Below, one piece after another: positions 1 to 10,172 of a stretch of DNA of 64,000 nt (positions are counted from its first letter, which is position 1; the number at the start of each line of letters is the position of its first letter). Position numbers and translations under genes: made by a program. Location of the stretch: assembly GCA_000989515.1 (NCBI GenBank), contig LBOM01000004.1, forward strand, positions 56,149-120,148. The letters run 5' to 3'. Source of the DNA: Candidatus Nomurabacteria bacterium GW2011_GWE1_32_28 (lineage in GTDB: Bacteria; Patescibacteriota; Minisyncoccia; Phycocordibacterales; UBA9973). Under the pieces are notes generated by a model that was not told where the DNA came from, made no database searches, and saw only the letters and a program-made list of their open reading frames with translations.

Positions 1-3000
1 CATCATATGGATTAGTTCTCGTCTGATCATAATTACTGTCAGTTGCATAACTAAGAACTGGATAAGATTTAATATTTGTACGGAATGTCACTACGACACT
101 ACTCTCAGTAATATCAGATACAACGGGTTTATCAATAAATGGAGGAATAAGTGAAGGTAAAATTGATTCGATTGTTGCTTCTATCTCTTCCTGAAATTGT
201 TCAATATTTTCAATACTTTTTAAATCTGAAACATCTTCAGTAAAAAATTTAGTTTTAAAAATCTTGTCTTCCGCAAAAGTTGCATTACCTGACTTATCTA
301 CGACAGTAACTTTTATATGATAGTCTGTACCCAATCTTAATCCTCCTAACTTAATAGTATGTTTTTTACTCCAAACATTATTTGCCGAATTGTCACCATA
401 GCCAGTATCTTTTCCGTATTCAACAAAGGACAAGGTATCTTCATCTGTATCAAAACTAACAAGAGCTTGAAACGGTGTAATATCAGAAATTTCTATATTT
501 GATATCAAAGGAGCTGTCGTATCAGGGATAAACATTGAAACATTATCATTATCTGGATTATTTGTAGTATAGTCATTAACTATTACTCTTGTTCTTGTAA
601 CAGTAACTACAGGTATAGTAGAAAATGTCTCTTCTGAAGATTGAGCAAGATTGTTAGATGAATCTGAAGATTTTACAACAAAAAAATAAGGAATATTCTC
701 AACTAAAGTATTATCAAACCCTTGATCATCTAAAGTAGAAGAACTTAACGTAACTACATGATAGATAGACAAAGTTGAATCTAATACTGTTGTATGGTCC
801 AAAACACCTGCTTCAGTACCATATGAAATTTGAGAAGTTGCTGGTTCATCTGTTGTCCACACAATAGCCGCTGCATTTGTAGTTATTACTGGAACAGAAA
901 TTTCTGTAATAATTGGTGGAGAGCTATCAATAACATTAACTGTTCTTGTTTCTGTCGCAGTACTTCCATCTACATCAGTTGCTAGATATGTAATTGTATT
1001 ACCAGTAGAAGCTGAAGCAGTACTAATAGTACCTATTACGGTGACATCCAAGCTATCACCCGAAATAGATGATACTGCTGTAGCTCCAGGATCTACAAAA
1101 ACATCACCCTTATCAACAGTCATCGGATTGTCTCCTGATAAAGTAATAATAGGAGGATTTGATTCCAAAGAAGAAAATGCAACATTTATAGTATGAGCAT
1201 CTACAACATTTGTAAATGTATATGTTTCCGCTACGATTAAAGAAACATCATCAACAATTAAAGAAGAAATTTGATAACCCTCATCTGGAGTAATTGTATA
1301 AATTTGATTGGTTGTTGATGGAACGGCTGTAACTCCAAGTGGAGAAATAGTTCCATTTGCACCAGCTGAAGCAGTAACATTATAAGTATCAGCATAAACA
1401 ATATTAACAGTTCTAGTTGCAGTAGCGCTATTTTTTGCAACATCAACTACTCTATAAGTTATTGAATAAGAACTTATAGCAGAAGTATTAATCGATCCAG
1501 TTGTTGTAATTGAAGAAGTAATGTCTCCATCTATATTATCTGTTGCTGTTGCACCAGGATCTACATATGTTTCGCCTTTTACTACTGATATCGGATTATC
1601 ACCCAATATTGTTATAACTGGTACTGTTGTATCTGGATTATCTGTAAAAGTAACAGCAATAGAGTGTGTAGCGATAACATTACTAAAAGTATAACTTAAA
1701 GCAGAAGCTATCTGCACTCCATCTATAGTAAGAGTATCAACACCATAACCCTCATCTGGAGTAATTGTATAAATTTGATTGGTTGTTGATGGAACGGCTG
1801 TAATTCCAAGTGGAGAAATAGTTCCATTTGCACCGGCTGAAGCAGTAATATTATAAGTATCCGAAAGAACTACATTTACTGTTCTTGTTTCAATAGAAGT
1901 ATTACCTACTAAATCAGTTGAAGAGTATGTTACAACATAAGAATCAACAACAGAAGTAACAACTACTCCAGATGTTGTTACTTCTGTTGCTCCATCTACT
2001 TCGTCTAAAGCTGTTGCACCTAATTCAGAATATACATTATCTTTAATTACTGACATTGGATTATCACCCAAAATTGTTATGACTGGTGGAGTTGTATCAT
2101 TTTCATTATTAGTAATTGTATATGTATGGGTTATGTTTGTACCCAATGTTGAATTACTTGGATTTGATAAAGTAATTATAATTGTCTCATTAGACTCAAC
2201 CAAAGAATCATCTACAACAGTTACTGAAATATTTGCAGTTGTTTGACCTGCTGAAATTGTTACAGTACCACTGGTAGCTAGTGTATAGTCTGTGCCACCA
2301 CTTGTTGCTGTTCCTCCAGAAACTGTATAATCAACAGCAATATCTTGATATGATGCAATAGAAAGAGAAACTGGAATAGTTACTGAAGTCACACTCTCTA
2401 GCCCACTTGAAGTAGTCGTGTCAAATGCAATAGTTGAAGCAGTATCATCATCTGTAATTGTATATGTATGAATTGTGTTTGTCCCCAATATTGAGTTATT
2501 TGGATTTGATAATGTAATCTCTATTGTCTCGCTAGATTCAAAAACAAGATCATCTACAACAGTTACTGAAATATTTGCAGTTGTTTGACCTGTTGAAATT
2601 GTTACAGTACCACTGGTAGCTAGTGTATAGTCTGTGCCACCACTTGTTGCTGTTCCTCCAGAAACTGTATAATCAACAGTAGTATCAGAACCAGAAACTG
2701 CTGAAAGAGTGATTGGAATATCTATTGAAGTTACACTTTCTAAGCCACTTGATGTAGTTGTATCAAATGCAATAGTTGGAGCATCATCATCATCTGTAAT
2801 TGTATATGTATAAATCGTATTTGATCCTAATATTGAATTTATTGGATTAGATAAAGTAATTATAATGGTTTCATTATTTTCTTCTAAGGAATCATCAACG
2901 ATAGTGACTGAAACACTTGCAGTTGTTTGCCCTGCTGTAATAGTTGCAGTACCTGAGGCAAGAGTATAATCTGAACCACCACCTGTTGCTGTACCTGAGA

Positions 3001-6000
3001 TAGTATAATCTACAGTAGAATTAAACGGATATGCTCTAGCTAAAGTAATACCAAATGTAGCTGAAGCGACACTTTCAAGATCAGAAGAAGCTGTAGAATT
3101 AAACGCGATAGCAGGAACAGTCAAATCAAAAGTATTTAATATTCCATTTTCAGAATAATCATTTTGACTTGAAACAGGTCCTGATCCAGGATCTTGATTA
3201 TCATGAACCAAAACTCTTATTCCAACATTAGAGTATGAACTTCCGACAAGAGCAGATTCATCATAAATAGTCCATCCTATCGATCCATCTTGTCCAGAAG
3301 ATATTGTACTATTTGTAATAGTAGTAGGTGTCGTTGTATTTGCAATTACCCATACTGGAGTACCAGCAAAGAAAGTAAGATTCTGTCTTGTTGCACGAGG
3401 AGCTATTGGCCATGTACCACGAGTAAGACCAGTCAAAGTATTTCCAGTTTTTCCTGTGTAATATATTACTTCATTATTTACTTGAATATAACCAGATGAT
3501 TGTAATTTTGATGCATCTGATACTGTAAGATTTCCTCCAGAATAAGCATTGGATGGTAAGGTAATTCCAATGTTGTAAAATATACGAGCATCATAAGAAG
3601 GATTAATTTTCTGAGATAAAGAAGCATCTGTTAATCTATAAGTAACAGTAACATCTTTATTAGTTTCTTGAGTAGGAACAACATTTTCTACTTTTGATGC
3701 AGTAGCCACACTTCCACCTCCACCTTCACCATAGTTTTGAACTCCATCTGGTTTTGCTGTAGTATATGCTCCTGCACGAACAGAAGTATTCTCATCAGTT
3801 CCTACTACTCCTAATCTATATCTATAAAATTTTGTTGAATCTAAATTTCTATGAACATAATAATTTGTAACAGGGTTAGACATACCATCTCCAACTGAAG
3901 CATATGATCCATAAGTCACGTTGTCTGTTGAAGTTGCATATTCTAAATTATAAGAAGCAAAACCTGTTGTATCATCTAATGCCTTCCAACCTATATACAT
4001 ATCGTAAGATGGAATAGTAATATTAGATGTATCTTGTACTAGAAATGAAGTTGCGAGAATTGGAGATAATGTAGAAGTTGAAACTTCATCAGTTGTATTT
4101 CCATAAGCATCTCTAAATTGATATTTTAATGTTTTTATTTCTACATCAGAATCAAAAGTCCATGGTATTGTCGTACTACTCGTAATACTTGTCCATCCTG
4201 TTGTCGTAACATCCGCCTCTGAAGCACCATCAGTAATCAAATATTCTATAGCAGAAATATCTGTAGGTATCGGAATAGTGATAATCGCACTATCTACTAC
4301 ACCAGCACTTCCTGCATCAAATGTAATAATTGCAGTAGGTTTTTTTGCGTCAAAAATAAATGCAGAAGAAACGAGTGAACCTATCATAGATCCAGTAGAT
4401 CCATCATTGACTACAACTTTTATTGTTTCAGTTGCATTCTCGTATCCATCTGCGTCTGTTGCTGCTGTCCAAGATATTACTTTTCCTGTACCAATATTTG
4501 ATAATCCAATACCCGTACCTGTTGCGGAAGAAGCATATAAATAAATTGAAGCTCCTGTAGTATGTGCAAATGCTATAGTACTCAATGCTCCTCTTGTAAG
4601 AGTTTGTAGATCATTTTCTGATTTACTTGCATAAGAAATCATTTCATCATCTATCAGAATAGTTCCAGAAGATGGTAAATGTGTCGCATCAGAAACTGTG
4701 AGTGTTGTTGCTCCACTTGTGATAGTTTCATTCAAAGTAGCGTCAACTAAATAATATAAATAGTTTGTAGTTTGAGAAGATTCAACATCCGTGACATCAT
4801 AGCCGACAGTCACCACTCCACTTAATGCCATAGAAGCTGTGATGTTAGAAACTACTGGAGGAGAATTTACAAATTTAAATGAAAGAGCTTGAACAGGACT
4901 TTCTTCGTTAAGAGCGCTATCTATAGATTTAATATGAATTAAATAAATATGATTTATGACTAATGGTACTGTTGAAGAATCAAAACTCCAAGTGTTTGTG
5001 CCTGTAGTAGTGATATATGTTTCTGTAGCATCTGTAAAAGATGTCCCACTATACCATTTGTCTACAGAAACATCAGTATCTTTTATAGAAATTTGAACAG
5101 AATCAATTCCAGATCCACCTACATTGTCTGTTGCGGTTCCTAAAATCGATTGTACACTGTATGTTTCTTGGGGGCTTACAGATTGTCCAGGAGTTGTACA
5201 CCCATTTCCTGCAACACTACAAATTGCTGTGATTGTAGAAGATAAAGGGACAGTATTGTCATAAGTTCTATTTAGTTGTGTTGCTACAGAATTAACATTT
5301 CCTAAAGCATCTGTTGCTACACCTCCTGCTATGTCTACTGACACTGTTCCATCTGCTGTAGGAGTGACTACAAAAGTATATGTTGTACCACTTCCTGCAA
5401 AAGTTCCTGCTGTACCATTTGTAATAGTTATATCTCCTATTACAAAATCTGAAACTGATTCATTAAATGTAGCTGTGACATCTATGTTTCCATTTGTTGG
5501 GTCTGATGTTTCTGAAGTCATAACAACTGTAGGACCAGAAGTATCAATATTAAATGTCGCATTAGTCGGAGCACTAGATGCATTTCCTGCTGTATCTGTA
5601 GTAGCAGAAAGAGAAACTGTAGCTACACCATCTACATATGTACTTCCATCTGTACCACTTCCTGTCATAGCTACATTTGTAATATCTGTAGTTCCAGGTT
5701 GGTTAATAGAAATGTTTGGTGTTGTGGAAGGTGCTTCACTGTATGTAGCTGTGACTGTCATTGCTCCTGCTCCTGCTGGGTCAGAGCTATAGGTTAGAGC
5801 TACTGTTGGACCAACAGAGTCTATTGTAAATGTCGCATTAGTCGGAGCACTAGATGCATTTCCTGCTGTATCTGTAGTAGCAGAAAGAGAAACTGTAGCT
5901 ACACCATCTACATATGTACTTCCATCTGTACCACTTCCTGTCATAGCTACATTTGTAATATCTGTAGTTCCAGTTTGGTTAATAGAAATGTTTGGTGTTG

Positions 6001-7084
6001 TAGTTGGAGCTTCGTTGTATGTAGCTGTGATTGTCATTGGTGCTACACTAGTTGTAGAGTAATACGCTACACTATTTGGTGTAAAGTTAGATCCATCTGT
6101 TGGAAATGGATTATTTGTATTCCATCTTATTTCATCCATGCCTTGAGGATTTGCTGCATAACTATAATTCATCTTAACAGCACTTATTGTATTAGTATCT
6201 GTTCCAATTACATTAGTTGCAGTAGCTTTAAGTACACCCCCTACAAACAATCTCCATGTATCTCCACTACGTTGTATCGCTACATGTGTCCAGACTCCAT
6301 TTGTAAAAGCAAGTGGTACATTCCAAGAAATACCTGGTAAATTTACGTTTAAGTCACGACCTACAGAAGTCTCAGATACTACCAAACTACCTATAGATCC
6401 AACTACTTCAAACATATTAAAATTGGCCCCGCTAGTATTATGTAAATGCCAAAAATCTAAAGACCACTGAGAATTCGCTCTCCAGTCAAAATCCTGTAAA
6501 TTATTAGTTATATTTACATATCCGTAACTCCCATTAACAGCTTTACCTGAATATTTATATGAACCATATTTACCACCAGCTAATATCCCAGAATCATTAA
6601 TATATGTTAATGTATGCCTACTCATTCTATCACCACTATTGTCTGCCTCAGCATTTAACCAAAGTTTAGTTGAATCAGAAATACCATTTGAATCAATTGT
6701 TATTGCTCCTGCTGGTGCTGGATTAGAGCTATATGTTAGGGCTACTGTTGGACCAAAATCTGCGGTTATAGATAATGTTCCTGCAATTGAATCAAGTTTA
6801 CTAATAAATATGTCAGTACCACCTGCTGAAGTTAAATTATATACACCTGCTCCTGGATCAAAATCTACTGTGTCATTAAAATATCCTGTTGTATATATAT
6901 TACCACTAGAATCAATTACAATAGAATTACTATAATCATTAGAAATACCACCTATGCCTTTTGCCCAAACAAAATTACCAGATGAATCAAGTTTACTAAT
7001 AAATATGTCAGTACCACCTGCTGAAGTTAAATTATACACACTTGCCCCTGGGTCAAAATCTGCTGTGCCATTAAAAGATCCTGT
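1..7084 (-). CDS. Giant modular surface protein/adhesin, main body (runs off left edge): SBBP beta-propeller repeats, LamG-like, Ig-like, Calx-beta, DUF5011-like and FN3-like modules
   Basis: The minus frame is the same at 7084, 6037 and the window edge (...PVLSYATDSNYDQTRTNPYD). It is absent from the ORF track, consistent with no in-window stop. Motifs: GNIYTTGYFNDTVDFDPG (SBBP), WTHVAIQRSGDTWRLFVGG (LamG), VDYTVSGGTATSGGTDY...VVDDSLVESNETIIITLSNP (Calx-beta), PVITILGDNP (DUF5011-like). Confidence 0.88.
5551..6001. repeat. Near-identical intragenic direct repeat (276-bp offset)
   Basis: 5551-5697 is identical to 5827-5973 and continues past one mismatch. Similar pairs at about 1275-1390/1745-1860, 2210-2340/2550-2680 and 6790-6840/6980-7035. 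Confidence 0.9.
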
Positions 7085-7799
7085 TATATATATAACCACT
7101 AGAATCAACTACGATAGAATTACTAACATCATTAGAAATACCACCCATCTTTTTTACAAACCCAAAAACAGTAATTTCATACGTTGTTGATAAATTTCCA
7201 TTTCCATCAATATCTGTAGCAACATCTGCTGGTACATCCACCACAACCACTCCATCCGTTGAAGGAGTAACTATAAAAGTATATGTAGTACCACTTCCTG
7301 AGAATGTACCTACTGTTCCATTTATTACTAAAATATCTCCTACTGCGAAATTTGACACTGATTCACTAAATGTAGCTGTAACATTTATGTTTTCATTCGT
7401 TGGATCTGAATTTGTCGAAGTTAATATCACGGTAGGATTATCAGTAGCATACACCTTATCAAAAGATACAGTAATAAAAGAAAAGATCAAAACAAAAACA
7501 ACAATTGGCATCATTTTTATTTTTCTTATTTGTTTCAAAAAATAAATAGCATTTTGTATAACATAAAAACTTTTTTTTATTTTCTTATTCATTTTTTTTG
7601 TAATATTTTGCATTTTTGTATTCTCTTCTTTTCTATTTATTCGTAATCTATTTTTTAATTTTAATTTTATCCTACTAAAAAATCTTCTTCTGTTTAGAGA
7701 AATTTTATCTGGCAATTTTATTTGTTTAAAAAACAAGAGAGCTCGTAAGAGCACTTTTCTTCTAAATGAATTTATTAATTTATTTTTTATTTTTTTCAA
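7071..7799 (-). CDS. N-terminal part of the same giant surface protein (basic region, TM/signal segment, Ig-like domain), cut off by a 2-nt frameshift
   Basis: AAGGAG RBS upstream of a TTG start. Hydrophobic segment MMPIVVFVLIFSFITVSF, Ig-like VTATFSESV...SGSGTTYTFIVTP. Ends inside an SBBP repeat at the (TA)5 tract. Confidence 0.85.
   Translation of the reverse strand: MKKIKNKLINSFRRKVLLRALLFFKQIKLPDKISLNRRRFFSRIKLKLKNRLRINRKEENTKMQNITKKMNKKIKKSFYVIQNAIYFLKQIRKIKMMPIVVFVLIFSFITVSFDKVYATDNPTVILTSTNSDPTNENINVTATFSESVSNFAVGDILVINGTVGTFSGSGTTYTFIVTPSTDGVVVVDVPADVATDIDGNGNLSTTYEITVFGFVKKMGGISNDVSNSIVVDSSGYIYNRIF
7085..7094. repeat. (TA)5 microsatellite at the frameshift site
   Basis: TATATATATA. 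One more TA unit restores G-Y-I-Y-I-T-G-S-F, matching the adjacent paralogous repeat G-N-I-Y-T-T-G-Y-F. Confidence 0.85.
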
Positions 7800-8183
7800 A
7801 ATATTTTTAGCTCCTTAATTACTTAAATTATATCATAAAAAAACACTGAATTTAAAAACAAAAACTGTTAATAACCCTTATTTCATAAAAAGAAAATTTA
7901 AATTTAATTTTTGTTTAAAATTTATAAAAATTATTTTAAAAAGAAGAATTTATGTATTAGAAAGTTCAAAAAATTTATAATCATAATTATAGAATAAATT
8001 AGAGTAGAAAGAAGAAATAACATTAAAGGATTGATAAATTCTTACCTTATTTATTAAAAATTTATGAAAAATTAACAATCTTAAAATATATAGTTTTATA
8101 TGACTTTTATACGCTAGATATGATCAAACATTAATAAACGATAATAATTTGCATAGTAATGTTTAGTAATGTATACTATTGTT

Positions 8184-8468
8184 ATGGATAAACAATATAT
8201 AAATATAAAAGAAGCATCAGAGATACTCGGTGTATCAAAGCTCACTCTTCGCAACTGGGATAGAGATGGCAAACTATCTGCTCTGAGACACCCAATAAGT
8301 AACTATAGAGTCTACAAAGTTGAAGACTTGAAAGGGATACTCGATAAAATGGAATCAGGTGAAAAACCCACTATTTTGAGGAAAAGAGGATCTTCTTCCC
8401 CCTCTAGAAAGAAAGATATAGAAAAGACAAAAACTTATAATCTAAAAGATTTACTTTCTAGGGAATAA
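8184..8468 (+). CDS. MerR-type/excisionase-like HTH DNA-binding protein
   Basis: INIKEASEILGVSKLTLRNWDRDGKL...SNYRVY. ATG 8184 chosen because it lies 6 nt after TTGCAT-17-TATACT. Confidence 0.85.
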   Translation: MDKQYINIKEASEILGVSKLTLRNWDRDGKLSALRHPISNYRVYKVEDLKGILDKMESGEKPTILRKRGSSSPSRKKDIEKTKTYNLKDLLSRE

Positions 8469-8489
8469 AAAAACAATATACTTTTTTTA

Positions 8490-9284
8490 CTAATAATATT
8501 TCTCAATATTTTTCTTATGCTCTTCATAGGTTACAGAACAATGAATCTTTCTATTCTTATCATGAAGATAATACATACATTTTGTTTTCTGTGGATTGTA
8601 TGCAGCAGTGATAGCACTAAGACCAGGGTTTGCTATCGGAGCAGGAGGAAGTCCTTCGTGTAAATATGTATTGTAGGAAGATTCTATTTTTTTATCTTGA
8701 GAGTTAACTTTCCTCCACCAACCTTCTTCCTCGCTACCTTTAGCATACTGCAGGGTAGCATCTATCTGTAATCTCATTCCATCAAAAATACGATTCCAAA
8801 TAATTCCAGATATTAGATTCATATCACTTTTTCCTGCTGCTTCTCGTTGAATGATAGACGCTATCTTTAAAGCAGTATCCTCATTCATTATTTCTTTTGA
8901 TTTTGTTTTTTTAATTTGGTCTGTTTGTTTTGAAAATTCATCAAACATAGTAGCACCGACCTCTTGTGGATTTTCATTCCTATTAAATAAATAAGTTTTA
9001 GGAAAATATTGTCCTTCTAGATCTTTGGTATTTAAAGCGAGATGTATATTTATAAAATCATTTTTTTCTTTTTCATCCCAACCAAGTTTCTTCACCATTA
9101 TCTCTGCTATCTCTTCTTTACGCAAACCTTCTTGTACTCTGACTATACTTACATTTGGATTTGCTAAATCTAAATAAAAAGAAAGCTTCGCCAGAAGAGA
9201 AGGATCTAATTGATAGGAGTAAATTATCCCCGACAAAACACCAATTAATAAAACAAGTATCCCAATATAATATTTTAATTTCAT
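8490..9284 (-). CDS. mltG: Endolytic transglycosylase MltG (YceG family)
   Basis: LEGQYFPKTY, IASIIQRE, LQIDATLQY, SSYNTYLHEGLPPAPIANPG, N-terminal TM. Start moved to ATG 9284 (MKLKYY). Confidence 0.92.
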   Translation of the reverse strand: MKLKYYIGILVLLIGVLSGIIYSYQLDPSLLAKLSFYLDLANPNVSIVRVQEGLRKEEIAEIMVKKLGWDEKEKNDFINIHLALNTKDLEGQYFPKTYLFNRNENPQEVGATMFDEFSKQTDQIKKTKSKEIMNEDTALKIASIIQREAAGKSDMNLISGIIWNRIFDGMRLQIDATLQYAKGSEEEGWWRKVNSQDKKIESSYNTYLHEGLPPAPIANPGLSAITAAYNPQKTKCMYYLHDKNRKIHCSVTYEEHKKNIEKYY

Positions 9285-9348
9285 ATATTTATTATAACAA
9301 TATAACAAAATTAAAAAAGCCTTTGGTATAAACCGCCGGCTTTTTAAC

Positions 9349-9525
9349 TTAAAGTTTTGTCCCACATTTTGGACAAAACTGCAATTTGGGATCAATATTA
9401 TTATTGCAATTTTTACAAACTAATTTTGTACCTGGAAAAATTTTTAATAAAAATTTTTCCAAATTAGTTAATTCTCTTCCTTCTATTACGGTAGAAGAAA
9501 GAACAAAATTCCTATTATTCTTCAT
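9349..9525 (-). CDS. Small zinc-ribbon protein (58 aa), below the ORF-track cutoff
   Basis: MKNNRNFVLSSTVIEGRELTNLEKFLLKIFPGTKLVCKNCNNNIDPKLQFCPKCGTKL*. CxxC-x10-CPxCG motif, AAGAGG RBS upstream. Confidence 0.75.
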   Translation of the reverse strand: MKNNRNFVLSSTVIEGRELTNLEKFLLKIFPGTKLVCKNCNNNIDPKLQFCPKCGTKL

Positions 9526-9602
9526 AAGAACCTCTTCTTTAATTTACCCTTAATAATACATATTTATAACAAAAAGTCAAGTTATAATAAATTATATAAA
9601 CC

Positions 9603-9680
9603 AAAAACCCACCTTACGGTGGGTTTTTAGCGGCACTTATGTTATTTACGATAAATGTGAATTTGACCTCACACTCACAA
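9603..9680 (-). ncRNA. Candidate small RNA divergent from rnpB
   Basis: Minus-strand TTGCTT(9713-9708)-17-TATATT(9690-9685) with extended TG, then hairpin GUGAGUGUGAG/UUCACAUUUAU and terminator AAAAACCCACC-GUAA-GGUGGGUUUUU. No ORF. Confidence 0.45.
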
Positions 9681-9768
9681 AGTAAATATAGCATATATTA
9701 AACAAAAAAGCAAGTTTTTTAGGAGCATCTTGCATTTACTTTTATATAAGTTTGTTTTATAATTAAAA

Positions 9769-10123
9769 TAGTCTTGCGTTAGATAGTTTAAGCTATAATT
9801 TTATTATAGTTAGGAAAGTCCGAACACAATGATCCCCTTTTGGGGTGGGAATAATAGTGGGTAACGCCCACATATAGCAATATATAGGTGCGAACAGAGA
9901 CGTTCTATAGCGAAAGCTCTAGAATGCCATACAGGCAACTGTGTGGTAAGCTCTACAGTGATGTAGAAGATGAAACGGCTAAATCCTTATTTTTGTGCAA
10001 GATCGTACTCTAGTTTCGGCTAGAGAGAATCGCTCGAGTCTATCAGTAATGATAGACCTAGATAAATAGCTATCACCCAAACTTTAGTTTGAGAACAGAA
10101 TTCGGCTTATAGACACAAGACTA
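9769..10123 (+). ncRNA. rnpB: RNase P RNA
   Basis: P4 signatures AGGAAAGTCC and ACAGAATTCGGCTTAT. P1 pairing TAGTCTTG...CAAGACTA. TATAAT at 9758-9763. Confidence 0.95.
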
Positions 10124-10130
10124 CAATATG

Positions 10131-10158
10131 AAAAATCCTCTCTTACGAGAGGATTTTT
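10131..10158. terminator. Bidirectional intrinsic terminator between rnpB and nrdJ
   Basis: AAAAATCCTCTC-TTAC-GAGAGGATTTTT. Confidence 0.85.
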
Positions 10159-10172
10159 CTATTTAATTATTT

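Noticed and set aside
3290-7190. Plus-strand ORFs (3290, 4278, 5331, 5975, 6639, 6954) and the minus-strand 1258-1446 ORF
   Set aside because: Antisense or off-frame shadows of the giant surface-protein gene.
9630-9650. tmRNA-like ATAAGTGCC resume context
   Set aside because: No tRNA-like ends, tag ORF or adequate length.
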